This document shows, piece by piece, positions 17,301 through 26,166 of a DNA stretch of 48,818 bases. A program made the position numbers and the translations under genes. The stretch is taken from NCBI GenBank assembly GCA_900770145.1, contig CAAGJL010000030.1, positions 1 to 48,818 on the forward strand, written 5' to 3'. The stretch is from Clostridia bacterium (GTDB lineage Bacteria; Bacillota; Clostridia; Oscillospirales; CAG-272). The notes beneath the pieces are model-generated. The model saw only the letters and a list, made by a program, of their open reading frames with translations. It ran no database searches and was not told the origin of the DNA. Numbering within the stretch: the stretch's first letter is position 1; every line of letters starts with the position of its first letter.

Positions 17301-20300
17301 TCTCCGCGTCGGAAAACGAGTAAATCCGAAGGCCGCCCTTGTCGTTTTTGGACTTGACCGTGCCGGGGCTGTATCCGAGAATCTGACGCTTGTACTCTGC
17401 CTCATTTGCAAGAAGCCTTACAGATTGCATGCCTCTCGCATTATTGAACGCCACCCACGCGTCCGCAAGTCCCCGGTTCTTCTTTTTCAGGGAGTTCAGC
17501 CCCTCCAGAGATACCAGCTCATATACGGACGGCGTGTAGTTTATCCCCTCTGCAAACCGGAAGCTCTCAATCTGCTGTTCGTTGAACGGTTTTCCGTCCG
17601 GTCTTGTTCTGCTTCCTTCCCGGTACAGCTTCAGGCTGTCAATAAAATTCTGCGCAACGATTGTATCCTGTTGCCGCCTGTCCTCTACATAACAGATGCC
17701 ACACGGTACCCGCATGCCCTCATCCTGCATGATTGTCCGGATTTTTGCGAGGTCTGTCGATTTGAAAACGTGGTCAGGGAACAGCCTCAGCACATTGTTC
17801 ATGACCGCGGTAAACTCCCGTCTTTTGGCGCAGATAGGGGAAAAGTCCACGGTACCCTGCGGGTAATCTTTGTTCGCCTTGATTGCCGTTTCGTCAGGGT
17901 CTGCCTCATAATCCGGATACCCGGAATACTTAGGGTTGAGAATAAGACTCGCAAGAGATGTTTCTGCGGTCAGCCACTGATGTGCTTCCGCTTTTGTGAC
18001 GCCCAATCTGTCCGCAAGCGCGATGGCGACTTTTTCTTTTTTCTCTTCGTCGAGAACGTCGCGCACGGAATAAAGGGAAGCAGAATCCGTTTCCGCATCA
18101 ACGTGAATCCCGCTTTCGGAGAGGGTTTCCTCCGCGCGCACCGCCTCGCTCTGATAACTTTTCACCGTATCCGCCATGGCATCCGCAAATGCGTCGCGGA
18201 TGGCGGTGACGCGGTTGATGGTATCCACGGCAACCTCCCCGAGGGTGCTGTTGGACCTCTGCCCCCGGTAGTCGCCCCGCAACCGGTCGATGATCTTCTG
18301 AAAGAAGTCCACGATTTTCTGAAGGAGCGTCCTGTCCGCCTTTGCCACCCGCGCGGAAAACCGTTCCAACACGTCCGTATCCGTGAAAATCTTTTCGGAG
18401 CATTTTGCCACCACTTCGGAGTACGCAATCTCTTTTTGCTTCGCGTCGCCAAGGCCCTTGTACTCGTCCATGCCGCGCATCCGCGCCTGTTCTGCTTCCA
18501 ACATTTTTGTCACGGATTTGTTGTCGTTCCCAAGCTCCTCGAAAAGCAGATCCGCATATTTCCGGAACAGCTCCGGGCTCTTTTGCTCCATCTCATGCAC
18601 AAACTCATGCGTAAGGGTGTAGGCAACCAGCCCCTCTCCGCGCGCCCCGGAATTTAAGTCAATATGAATGCTCCCGTCCGCGCCGAGGTAATACCCGTTT
18701 GCTGTCCCGTTCTGCCTCCCGCTTGCGGTGGATTCATATACGTAGATGTCCGCGCCGAGTTTTGAGAGCACCTTTGCCAGGGAAAGCCCGCTTTTTTGCA
18801 ACTTGTTGAGATTCCGATTCCTGACCTCCGGCACTTTGCCGTCCGTAATCCGGTATTCCCCGGGATACGCGGTTGTGCTTTTTGCGGCGGTCTTTGTAAG
18901 GTTTGCCGTTTTGTCGGCGGTCTTTGCCGCAGGGGCTGCCGCCTTGCCGGCAGTCTCCCGCACCGCGTCAATCTTCCCGAGATTGTACGCGGTTTTTCTT
19001 TGCGCTTCCGCCAGCCCGGCGGTAAATGTCCCCTCGCCGAGAGCATTGTAATTTACGCTCTTTTTGCCGTACCAATAAGCGTCCCGGAGCCCAAGGGCAA
19101 CCGAAATCAGCCCCCCGCTGTCCGTGCCGGAGGCAACCCCCAGCAGCTTGTTTGCAGTTTCTGCGCTCACGCCGAGGTCGGCGATGACGGAATACAGCAC
19201 CGCCTCCCCTTTGGTGCCGAAACTCAGATCAGAGGCGGAAACGGTCTCCCCGTTTTGCAGTTTCAGCGTCAGTTTTCCCCCGTCGGTGGACGCCACCGCG
19301 TCCGTGGCGGCAATCGTTACGGCTTCCCCGGTATCGTTGCGGACGGTTCTGCCGCCGTCGGCAGTATCAAACCGCCCGGTCAGCGTTCCGGCTTCGGTTT
19401 CGGCTGCTGCCTGCGCGACACCGCGCTGCACGTACTCCTGAACGATTTTTTGTTTCGCCCTCGCATGGCGCTCCTCCCGCTGCCCGATTTCCGAATCCGC
19501 ATTCCGGATTACTTTGTCATAAACCGCCTTCACGGAAGGGCCTTTCAGCATCTTTTGCAGGTCGATTTCTTCCCCGTTGTACTCCTGAAGCAGTTTTTCC
19601 GCGATTTTCCCGGATTTCTTTTTTGCCGTTTTTTCCTCCACGCCGTCGCTCACCATCTGCTCAACCAGCGCGTTTTCAATACTCCTGAGGTTGTTTTGGT
19701 TTCTCGCCTCGTTTACCCGCTGATTCAGGATGCCAACGTTCATCGCCGTGGGCTTTTTTACGACATTCTCCGCATAACGGGAAAGCGTGTCGTTGCCCCC
19801 GTACTCGTTTGCGGTTTCCACCGCAAGATTCCGGAGTGCCTCTGTACCTCCCATCTCCCGGATGGATTTCCCGTTCCGGTACAGATCGGCATCCTGCAGG
19901 GTGTTCCCGATGACCGCGCCCGGGGCGTTCATCATCGCTGCGGACAGAGCGCCGAGCGTAAAACTGTACGCCTGCTCTTCCAGCGTTGACCACTCCCATT
20001 CCCCGGTCATGGTGCCTTTGATAATCGTGGAGCCGATGTCCTGAATGACCTCTTCAAGACCCTCTGTGGAGGCGTCAACAACGCCGTCAAACACTTTCAT
20101 CAGGGCTCTTGTAAACCCGCTGGCGGAGGATTTCAGCCCGCTGACCAGTTTCGTTTTGTTCAGCAGTTTGGAGGCGTGTTTTCCGCCAAGCCCCTCAATG
20201 GAGCCGAGGTAATACTCCGACGCGCCTTCCCATACGCCAAGCGCCACAGACAGCGCCCTTGCCTGCCCCTTGCTCATTCCGCTGTTCAGGAACTCCCGGT

Positions 20301-21390
20301 AGTAGTTGCCCCCGGCGGAAAATCCCATCAGCGACGTACCGAGTACAGACCCCGCCGTGCCGCCGGTCATGGCGGACACCATGATTGAGGGGAGCATATT
20401 TGCCACCGTGGTTACGGTATCATACGCAATCTGCCCCGTGGAGTTTCCGAGAAACTGCCCGCCAACGTCCCCCAGATCCTCCCGCACGTATTGGGAGGCA
20501 TAGTCCATCAGCGACGGCGCGATGTACCCGTCACCGGTGCGGAACATATTCTGAACGCCGCCGGCAAACTGGTTCAGCCCGGCGGCGACTCCGAACACAA
20601 GCTGAAGCCCCATGTTTCCGTCCGCCCTGTCCGCCACTTTTCCGGCTTCCCGTTGATTCAGCACGTCGTCCATCGCATCAAGATAAGCCTTTGCCGTGCC
20701 CTTTGCCACGCTTCCCTCGTTTTCCTTGGCAAGCCAGTAGTTGTACACGGACACCTCGTCGTCGGTGAAATTGGAATATCGGTAGTCACCGACCGGCTTC
20801 TGGTCATACGACATTCTGATGGTATCGTTGTTATCACGTGAGAACGTTACAATGTTCCCTATTTCTTTGGCTCCCGTGCGATGACCGAAAATGTAAAACT
20901 TTCCGTCTGCTTCCTCAAACGTAGGGTTCTGAATTGCCGCGCCGATTCCGGCGTATTTTCCAAAGTCCTCCGCGCCGGTTGCCCGGTCGTAAAGGTCTTT
21001 GCCAAGCTGCGTTTTTTTGTAGAAATCCTCATATGCGGCGTCCGAAGCAAAAGAGGAGACGTATTGATCATAACTGTCCACCCCCTCCTGCAGTTTCTTC
21101 AGGTTTTCCAGGTAGTTTCTTGCATCCTCGTTTGATTGGTTATAAACCTTGGAATATTTTCCGACGAAATCATCCAGCCGCGTCTTGTACGAGCGGATGG
21201 TACCCCTGTCAATATAACCGCCTTTTTCAAGGGTTCCCAAAATGTCGGAAAGATCGGTGGTAGCAACCTCGGCACGTGTGCGCGCCAGATAGTCGGAAAG
21301 GGTGGTTTCGCCCTTTTGTTCTCTTTTTTTCCGGGCAAGATACCCGTCAAGCGTTTCTCCGCTTTTTTGAAGATATTCCGTGAGCGTCAT
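11356..21390 (-). CDS. giant multi-domain virion protein (polyvalent-protein type; 3344 aa)
   Basis: ATG 21390 with AAGGAG 7 nt upstream (the track start at 21408 is a TTG). Gly/Ala-rich hydrophobic region at about 20190-20616. HEFVH zincin motif at 18595-18609. YHGS...GQGIYFT ADP-ribosyltransferase-like region at about 15750-16350. Class I SAM methyltransferase motifs (ILDASSGLGYG, YDVIISNAVLNVL, LNPGGTMFINV) at about 15200-15560. Long coiled coil. Hydrophobic helices near the C-terminus. Confidence 0.9.
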   Translation of the reverse strand: MTLTEYLQKSGETLDGYLARKKREQKGETTLSDYLARTRAEVATTDLSDILGTLEKGGYIDRGTIRSYKTRLDDFVGKYSKVYNQSNEDARNYLENLKKLQEGVDSYDQYVSSFASDAAYEDFYKKTQLGKDLYDRATGAEDFGKYAGIGAAIQNPTFEEADGKFYIFGHRTGAKEIGNIVTFSRDNNDTIRMSYDQKPVGDYRYSNFTDDEVSVYNYWLAKENEGSVAKGTAKAYLDAMDDVLNQREAGKVADRADGNMGLQLVFGVAAGLNQFAGGVQNMFRTGDGYIAPSLMDYASQYVREDLGDVGGQFLGNSTGQIAYDTVTTVANMLPSIMVSAMTGGTAGSVLGTSLMGFSAGGNYYREFLNSGMSKGQARALSVALGVWEGASEYYLGSIEGLGGKHASKLLNKTKLVSGLKSSASGFTRALMKVFDGVVDASTEGLEEVIQDIGSTIIKGTMTGEWEWSTLEEQAYSFTLGALSAAMMNAPGAVIGNTLQDADLYRNGKSIREMGGTEALRNLAVETANEYGGNDTLSRYAENVVKKPTAMNVGILNQRVNEARNQNNLRSIENALVEQMVSDGVEEKTAKKKSGKIAEKLLQEYNGEEIDLQKMLKGPSVKAVYDKVIRNADSEIGQREERHARAKQKIVQEYVQRGVAQAAAETEAGTLTGRFDTADGGRTVRNDTGEAVTIAATDAVASTDGGKLTLKLQNGETVSASDLSFGTKGEAVLYSVIADLGVSAETANKLLGVASGTDSGGLISVALGLRDAYWYGKKSVNYNALGEGTFTAGLAEAQRKTAYNLGKIDAVRETAGKAAAPAAKTADKTANLTKTAAKSTTAYPGEYRITDGKVPEVRNRNLNKLQKSGLSLAKVLSKLGADIYVYESTASGRQNGTANGYYLGADGSIHIDLNSGARGEGLVAYTLTHEFVHEMEQKSPELFRKYADLLFEELGNDNKSVTKMLEAEQARMRGMDEYKGLGDAKQKEIAYSEVVAKCSEKIFTDTDVLERFSARVAKADRTLLQKIVDFFQKIIDRLRGDYRGQRSNSTLGEVAVDTINRVTAIRDAFADAMADTVKSYQSEAVRAEETLSESGIHVDAETDSASLYSVRDVLDEEKKEKVAIALADRLGVTKAEAHQWLTAETSLASLILNPKYSGYPDYEADPDETAIKANKDYPQGTVDFSPICAKRREFTAVMNNVLRLFPDHVFKSTDLAKIRTIMQDEGMRVPCGICYVEDRRQQDTIVAQNFIDSLKLYREGSRTRPDGKPFNEQQIESFRFAEGINYTPSVYELVSLEGLNSLKKKNRGLADAWVAFNNARGMQSVRLLANEAEYKRQILGYSPGTVKSKNDKGGLRIYSFSDAEMFHLIDIIQVITDSAAVGLSLQGYTKVNEYAKAVKDTGEKLNRSLIPKGDLGYHIEGNEVVLDYDTVEGIDINSKDFFDNRNNPNVGNITIGINDLQIRAAMVSDFIDQIIPFHTGQSTLVLEEKGISAWKNYKDFQTEKDIGTGKVSRHQVNIYTEVLQVLEKEGAPITKRTFVEKFLQVCKENGLTPRFAQFLNTDENGNYVYTEGYHKLLVDFKTFAQTKTGEYLPQMPVKPIFDNAYITGLLKDYAKGQTAKESELKKSMPKVVERITNEIIRSDTDFSGRGSVSDRSSRVRQKVSENSEASGVRYSLRETDSEGERLSDEQREYFDGTKVVDANGNLLRVYHGSPAVFTEFSYQFMSRNGSSEGQGIYFTQNKDMAEGYQRNGGQLLDGYLSIKKPLSDSKITLTPVEVRRLIQAIDPTGDDVIINYDSAGGMGYPSKTWYTRALDDTVRSCMEYCDSDSEILANIANSGAGAETVLLTVKRVLGYDGYIVDGKYENSTVYVAFTSEQFKNADNKKPTSSPDIRYSLREVEPVQPKSGAWERSLTTAEAKERFPHLWDVSAEESETRNPTQVKVTVSSYRKIYRYLRQKGFHGAILDASSGLGYGTRAGIEEFGFDVEDIEPYPGKNYSPKYTDYSALDKTYDVIISNAVLNVLPQDQRDALVVKMGEMLNPGGTMFINVRGDDVLNASTKEIISKGNLEVYISNTGSYQKGFTRSELVGYLRDALGDGFTVESTDMFGKVSAIVTKDSVKQSTRETAENKKTGYSYEELISKPDMKVTVLGDTAPANRADVVALARKNAAKIGKFNAKDGSVSVYVKDAGADVILSKAGLIHSLDRRFSQNAPVTVNAGEILANSVVINELVPKNEKASACYVLIGVAGREGGSVQIVESVVNRFSNELLSMDVLYSINAKQKGTAALDAPPVFHPDYRSTISIAELLEFVNRYFPDILPEDALRHYGYTERPGGVLGESALFSDRENVSARSLLANALESVAQNETEKEKLRQYKTKIGLMEQSEKQLTATRAKIRELSFSKGARDTEQIGRLQKTATELERRISNYDRQLFNLEASAPLRNVLSRESARVQKAEAARYREALNAYKKKTAETVSDIVQKNQESRRKAAEGRNKTEMRGKVKKVVGELNAYLKENKILIGMQKIVAEALDAVNMDTVGADARVAKYDALIAKETDPDVVRELQATRDRIAEQGETLKGRLERLKTAYADIINSDDPLIANAHDEVIENKIDDVIGKVGDTSIRDMTLEQLEEVYGMYRMILTSVRNANKVFLTNKAETITQLGEAVRGQVRATGGDHAREVAALRWLKKFGWKSLKPVYAMRMIGSDTFTELYENVRSGEDAWYRDMSAAKAFREEQYKKHGYSGWDFGKRYRFTAKSGKTFEMTLEQILSLYAYAKRPQATEHLTKGGIVFDGAIEVTEKKYGVPVKYRVNTATAFNLSEEVIAEICGTLSPEQRAFADEMQAYLSEVMGEKGNEVSLALYGVKLFKEKTYFPLKSARQFLYQQNEVAGEVRIRNSGFSKATVAHANNPIILSNFMDVWAGHCNDMAMYHSFVLPLEDFNRVWNYKTETDDKAETSSVKQALQNAYGTGVNEYISTLLTDLNGGARQSGAEEIGKLMSLAKKGAVFASASVTIQQPSAICRAMAYISPKYFAKTFAQAFNFRQHRAVWEECKKYAPVAGIKEMGYFDTGMGKGSVDWLKAEAPEGLRNKIAAFLKDGSYRDEVLSKAPSMADELTWCYIWNATKALVADTTDLSGEALLTEAGRKFTQVITLTQVYDSVLSRSGLMRSKDTGMKMATAFMAEPTTTMNMVADAFVRGKRIGGKQGAKIISGAVGAVTASIVLNSLLKAVVVAWRHIGDDDDETYAEKYGKAALEDFLDNFNPLTYIPFAKDIVSLCQGYDVSRMDMDLFEDLVSALKSIDSGTKSAYQKVTAIIGAVSAFFGIPFRNIERDLRPIVQKLIGAA

Positions 21391-21408
21391 ATCTGAACTC
21401 CTTTCCAA

Positions 21409-22416
21409 TCAGTCCTTATACAGGGAATCCATCAGGTTTTTATACCCCTTTGTTTCTCCGATGCCGAAAAGGCCGTTTGTCGCTCCCACTTTGTAATACT
21501 TTCCGCCGCTCCGATAGTACAACTGGCCGTTTCGGTTGATAAGATCCCCGTCATTTTCGCTGGCGGCGGCCAATTTGGACTTGAGGGTTTCATCGGTCAC
21601 TTCTCCCTTGTTTTCAACCGTGTGCCCGTTGATCTTGAAATTATCTCCTTTTCGGGGTTTGCGCGCAAATCCTGTCACGGTTTGGGCACCATACGAAACA
21701 GCACCGGTGGTTTGGGCAACCTTCTGCCCGTCAATGCCTGTTATTTCTCCATCTTCATTCGTTTGTACTTTGTCCGGATCAATCATTCCGGCTATTCTCG
21801 TTTCCAGCCCGGCAATCCTCTCATCCTGGTCACTGTTGAATTTCGCCAGTGCGCGGTTATATTCGTCGGAATACCGGCCGTAATCGTAGGCCTGCTCGTT
21901 TTGAACGGCGCCGGTGATGTAGTCCCGGTCGGCGTTCCACTGCGCCATGGCGTCCTGCCGTTCTCCGTAACCGGTGTCGTACTTGTCCTTTTCCATCCCA
22001 TACGCATTCAAAAGGTCGGCGCCCTCCTGGTTGTACTTATCCAATGCCAGCTGATACAGCTCCGGCACTTTGTCATTCAGACCCTGCAAATACCCCTGAT
22101 AGGTCTGCTGCCCCACGGTCTGTGCATACGAGTTCCCGTACCCGCCGGTCATCGCCGAGGCCTGCCCCATCACGTCCATCATCGCCTGTTTGCCCTGGTT
22201 GACATATTGATCCTTGTATTGGTTGTACAGCGCGTCCGTATTGATGTCATAGGAGAATTTGCCTCTGTTTTTGTATGCGTCAAGCGCCAGCTGCACCGGC
22301 GCATAATTTTTTTCCCTGTCCCAATCGGCAGGTCTGGAACCGAGGACTCTGTTTTGCTCCTCTTCCAGATTCAGCAGTCTTTGTCCTTTTTTATACGGGT
22401 CGTAAGTAAACGCCAT
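21409..22416 (-). CDS. virion-associated protein (candidate internal/ejection protein by position)
   Basis: 335 aa, Q/N/Y/D-rich. ATG overlaps the upstream stop (TAATG). Its stop abuts the giant gene. Confidence 0.75.
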   Translation of the reverse strand: MAFTYDPYKKGQRLLNLEEEQNRVLGSRPADWDREKNYAPVQLALDAYKNRGKFSYDINTDALYNQYKDQYVNQGKQAMMDVMGQASAMTGGYGNSYAQTVGQQTYQGYLQGLNDKVPELYQLALDKYNQEGADLLNAYGMEKDKYDTGYGERQDAMAQWNADRDYITGAVQNEQAYDYGRYSDEYNRALAKFNSDQDERIAGLETRIAGMIDPDKVQTNEDGEITGIDGQKVAQTTGAVSYGAQTVTGFARKPRKGDNFKINGHTVENKGEVTDETLKSKLAAASENDGDLINRNGQLYYRSGGKYYKVGATNGLFGIGETKGYKNLMDSLYKD

Positions 22417-22637
22417 TACGCCCCCTCCTTTCCTTTCGCGGTCTCGGCTTCATATCTCGCCCTTTCCGCCCTTGCCTGCGCTTCGGCAGCCTGACGCAAC
22501 CGCAGGTAATAGTTGCCGAAAATCGGCTCCAACAGGAAGGAGGGCAGCCCGCTTTCCGCAATAGCCCGCTCCACCTTTTCTTTCAGCTCCTCCACCGTCA
22601 TCGTCAACGGTTTTTCCGGTTTTTTCTCGTTGCTCAT
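22416..22637 (-). CDS. small hypothetical structural-module protein
   Basis: 73 aa with AAAGGAGAGAG RBS and a helical, charged C-terminus. Confidence 0.65.
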   Translation of the reverse strand: MSNEKKPEKPLTMTVEELKEKVERAIAESGLPSFLLEPIFGNYYLRLRQAAEAQARAERARYEAETAKGKEGA

Positions 22638-22655
22638 ATCTCTCTCCTTTGATTT

Positions 22656-24398
22656 TTATTCCACCGCGGTCAGAATGCCGTTTGTAAAGGTCAGTGTTTT
22701 ATTGGTGCCGGACATTGAAAACGTATTGGAAAAGTTTGCCCCGTTCACGATCTTTTGGACAGCCTCGCAGACATCGTACCAATCCACAAGAATCCTTACA
22801 CCGTCCCGATACCCTTCCAGCCCGTATCTCCGGATTGCCACTCCCGTGCCGTTTTCCACGCGGTAAATTCCCTCGCCCGGAGAAAAATTGAACCCGCCGA
22901 TAAAGGCTTTGCCGTTCGGGCGGACATAGAAAACCGGGGTTTCGTTTTCCTTCACAAGCAGACTGGTGGAATGCTCAATCCACGCAGCAGTGGTGGTTCC
23001 CACGGTTTTGTTCAGGCTGGAATCAAATGAAACTTCATATTCGGTGGCGTCGGCCGTAAAAGTTTTGCGCAACCGCTCCGGGCTGATTTGCCACCCCCCG
23101 ATCTCCCCGGAGGTGGCTTTCATCTCTCCGGCGTGCCCGACGCGGAACGGGGCGTTCAGCCCGGTATCGCTCCCTGCCCAAAAGGCACAATCCGTTTCAT
23201 CAGATCCTGCAACCGGCGCCCCGCACATTCCGACCTTTTGACCCTTCAGCAGATCCCCGGTGATTTCAAACCCGGCAATCTTCCCGGTGGTGGCGGTGAT
23301 TTTGCCGGTGACCTCCGCCCCGGCAGCAGTCACATCCATCACGGCCGCTCCGTTGGATTTCAGCAGAAAGCCGTTCTCCGTCAGCGACCAGGAAAAAGAG
23401 GAGGCGTTGCCGCCCGTGGTGCTGACCTTTGCGGTAATCGCCGCGGCATTCTCCTCCGCCTTGGCGGAGATGAATGCGATGGACGACACATCATCCTCCA
23501 CTCCGGATTTCCAGGCGGACAGGGCGGAAAGCCCCTCCGTATTTGCCGTAATCCTGGCGGAGAGCGATTCTTCGATCTTTGCGGGGTCGTTCTCCTCGCC
23601 CCAGATGATGTCCCCCGTCAGCCGGATGCTGCCGCTGAGCGTGGCGTTGCCGGCGGCGTCCACCAGAAACCGGTTGCCGATGTTGATCGTGCCGCCCGTG
23701 ATGTCCCCGGTGATTTTTGCGCCGTAGGCGGTCAGCGTGCCGCTGGGAAAGTACACCTGAGTCGGGGTGATGTGGGCAAGCTCCGTGTTATTGCCCCAAA
23801 AGGAAATTTTGCCGGGGGTAAAGGTGGCGGCAAGGTTGCCCCGGTCGATCACCCGGTGTCCGTCCGCGTCCGTGGTGGCGGTCAGAAGCCCCACGCCGAC
23901 CCCGTATACCGGCTGTGAGTCCTCCTCATACAAAAGCCCGGTTTTGATGTAGGACTGATTTGCCACGTCAAAATCCCCGTAGTCCGAGCGGATGTTGGAG
24001 GTATAGGAATACAACTGGGTGATGCCGGCGGAGTTGGCGTCAAGCGCCATATCGGTCTTTTCCCGATAGGTGCCAAACTCGGATTTTGCCACAAAACTGC
24101 CGCCAAGTTGCAGTTTGACCTCCTCATACAACGACTCGGTAAAGTCCGCGGACTTGATGATCATGGATTTGATCGTGCTGTAACTCTTTTCCAGTTTTTC
24201 CGCCTCTGTGAGCGCGGCGTCGTCCCCCCCGGGGTCTGACCGCAGGGAGGCCCCATAGGCGCCACCCGCCGGGGATTCTATCTCGTTTAACGAGAAATTC
24301 AGCTGTTCGGTCAGCTGATAGATGTATCTGGTCAGCTGCGTAATCTTTTCGGTATCGGTTTTCCCGGTGATGTTCGGCAGGCGCAGGTTTGTGCTCAC
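22656..24398 (-). CDS. tail spike/fibre-like structural protein
   Basis: 580 aa. GTG start in a GTGA overlap with the upstream stop. Repeated TGKIAGFEITGDLL / SGEIGGWQISPERL motifs are typical of Firmicute phage tail proteins, from memory. Confidence 0.75.
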   Translation of the reverse strand: MSTNLRLPNITGKTDTEKITQLTRYIYQLTEQLNFSLNEIESPAGGAYGASLRSDPGGDDAALTEAEKLEKSYSTIKSMIIKSADFTESLYEEVKLQLGGSFVAKSEFGTYREKTDMALDANSAGITQLYSYTSNIRSDYGDFDVANQSYIKTGLLYEEDSQPVYGVGVGLLTATTDADGHRVIDRGNLAATFTPGKISFWGNNTELAHITPTQVYFPSGTLTAYGAKITGDITGGTINIGNRFLVDAAGNATLSGSIRLTGDIIWGEENDPAKIEESLSARITANTEGLSALSAWKSGVEDDVSSIAFISAKAEENAAAITAKVSTTGGNASSFSWSLTENGFLLKSNGAAVMDVTAAGAEVTGKITATTGKIAGFEITGDLLKGQKVGMCGAPVAGSDETDCAFWAGSDTGLNAPFRVGHAGEMKATSGEIGGWQISPERLRKTFTADATEYEVSFDSSLNKTVGTTTAAWIEHSTSLLVKENETPVFYVRPNGKAFIGGFNFSPGEGIYRVENGTGVAIRRYGLEGYRDGVRILVDWYDVCEAVQKIVNGANFSNTFSMSGTNKTLTFTNGILTAVE

Positions 24399-26155
24399 GG
24401 GGTATCACTCCCTTCCTCCATGGTTTTGACCAGGGAGTACACCTTTGCATCCCCGGTGCCCTCCATTCTCAGCCGCAGGTGGTCGCACCGGCGGGGTCTG
24501 ATCGGCATCGTGAAACTTTTCAGTCTCCCGGCGGTCTGCGTGCAGACGTGTTCCCACGCGCCCATCGAGTCATACTGCACGAAAAACGACACCCGCGCGC
24601 CCTCGGAGAGCGACATGCGCACGTTCAGCGCGGAAAGATACTTCCGGTCAGGTCCCGACCCGCCGATCACACCGGTCTCGGCCATCCAGTTGATTTTTGC
24701 GGTGTCCGCCGTGCCGCTGCCGAACAGGGTGCGGATGCCCCCGCCGCTGTGGTCGATGTAATACAGTTCGTTCCGGCAGGAGCAAAACGCGTCCACCTGC
24801 AGGTTGTCCTCCTTGTGCCAGAGCCCCCTTGTCGTGTCAAATACAAAGAGGGTATACTGCCCGGTTTCGTCCTTCATCGAGATATAATATTTGTTCCCGT
24901 GGGAGGCGGCAACGGCGTCGCGATACGCCACGTCCCCCAGGGCGGAGGAAATCTCCGAGGGCAGAGAACCGTCATAAGCGCAGACCCCGTTTTTGCCCTT
25001 GTAAAACAGCGTTTCGTTGACCATGGCAAGGCTCTTGCCGCTCCCCTTCTGCACGCCGCGGCAGGCGGTGGTCTGAATCTGATAATTTGCGGGATAATTG
25101 CCGAAAACCTTGTGCACATAGTTCTCTTTGAAAAACAGCGGATATCCAAGGTAGGTAAACGCCCCGGTAAACACACCGTCCGTGCCCACGCTTGCCGCAT
25201 AACTGTCGGTAGAAAGCCCCATAAAGCAGTTCCAGTTTTTGAAGTCGCCCTGCCGGCAGGCGTAGATTTCGTTGACCGGTTTGCCGTTTACCACACCATA
25301 TTTACAGCCCCACAGCCGGTTTTCGGATTCGATCACAAAATCCATATCGGGCATGGTGCGCCTCACCGTGACCGCGGCGGTCAGCGTTGCCGCCTCGTCC
25401 AGCATTCCCACAATCACAATGCTGTTTCTCTCCGCCGCCCAAAGGATAAAATTGCCGTCGATGGCGTCCAGGTCCGCACGGTCGGTTTTACCCCTGATGC
25501 CGGAGATGGTGACCCCGTCATACTGTGAAAACCCGGTGCCGATGCCGGGGGCGGATATTTTGAGATAGGTGGTGGCAACCGAGGTCCAGAGGCCGCTGGT
25601 CCCGGAGTATTGTTTCAGCGCGTGGGGGGTGGAGCCGGTGTCAATCCAGTACTGCCGGTCGGTCGGTGTTTCCGGTGCGGTGGCGCCGGTGGGAATGGTT
25701 TCCCCGGTACCGAACGCGCTGCCGTCCTGCCGGCAAAGCGAGACCGTCACCTCCCCGGCGGTAATCACGCCGGCCTCGATACTGCCGTACTCCGCGGTGT
25801 TTGCCGTGTTGACGTATTTTTTGTCTGGCAGGATGATGAGATAGGCACCCATGGAGATCAGCGTTTTTTCGCCCCCGCTTTGCAGCAAAAGACCGCTGAC
25901 CGCCTTCCCGCCGATGAAAAGCGTGTTGCCGTCCACATAGCAAAGCGCGTCTTTGGCAATCATCCCGCGCGGCGCCGCCGCGTTCACGTAAGTGCCGCGC
26001 GGGGCGCGCGGGGAAAGAACGGGATAATAGGAGGATGTCAGGTTTTTCATATCGTAAAACTCGCCGTCCCCGATCCGCAGGTTGTGGTTATACCCGCCGA
26101 ACGCGTCAATGACGGAACGGGTGACGGCAAGCTCCGCTAATTTCGGTAGTTTCAT
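24395..26155 (-). CDS. large structural protein (candidate tail tubular/nozzle-type protein by position)
   Basis: 586 aa from ATG 26155 (MKLPKLAELAVTRSVIDAFGGYNHN...). The longer 26314 start in the track overlaps the upstream gene. No enzymatic motif seen. Confidence 0.7.
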   Translation of the reverse strand: MKLPKLAELAVTRSVIDAFGGYNHNLRIGDGEFYDMKNLTSSYYPVLSPRAPRGTYVNAAAPRGMIAKDALCYVDGNTLFIGGKAVSGLLLQSGGEKTLISMGAYLIILPDKKYVNTANTAEYGSIEAGVITAGEVTVSLCRQDGSAFGTGETIPTGATAPETPTDRQYWIDTGSTPHALKQYSGTSGLWTSVATTYLKISAPGIGTGFSQYDGVTISGIRGKTDRADLDAIDGNFILWAAERNSIVIVGMLDEAATLTAAVTVRRTMPDMDFVIESENRLWGCKYGVVNGKPVNEIYACRQGDFKNWNCFMGLSTDSYAASVGTDGVFTGAFTYLGYPLFFKENYVHKVFGNYPANYQIQTTACRGVQKGSGKSLAMVNETLFYKGKNGVCAYDGSLPSEISSALGDVAYRDAVAASHGNKYYISMKDETGQYTLFVFDTTRGLWHKEDNLQVDAFCSCRNELYYIDHSGGGIRTLFGSGTADTAKINWMAETGVIGGSGPDRKYLSALNVRMSLSEGARVSFFVQYDSMGAWEHVCTQTAGRLKSFTMPIRPRRCDHLRLRMEGTGDAKVYSLVKTMEEGSDTP

Positions 26156-26166
26156 CGGTTTGCCTT

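Noticed and set aside
11356-21408. Two ideas about the giant ORF: its 21408 start as given in the track, and its interpretation as a siphovirus tape-measure protein.
   Set aside because: Position 21408 is a TTG directly after the upstream stop. ATG 21390 has an AAGGAG RBS at proper spacing. A tape measure of this length is implausible, no tube or chaperone genes accompany it, and it contains several enzyme-type motifs.
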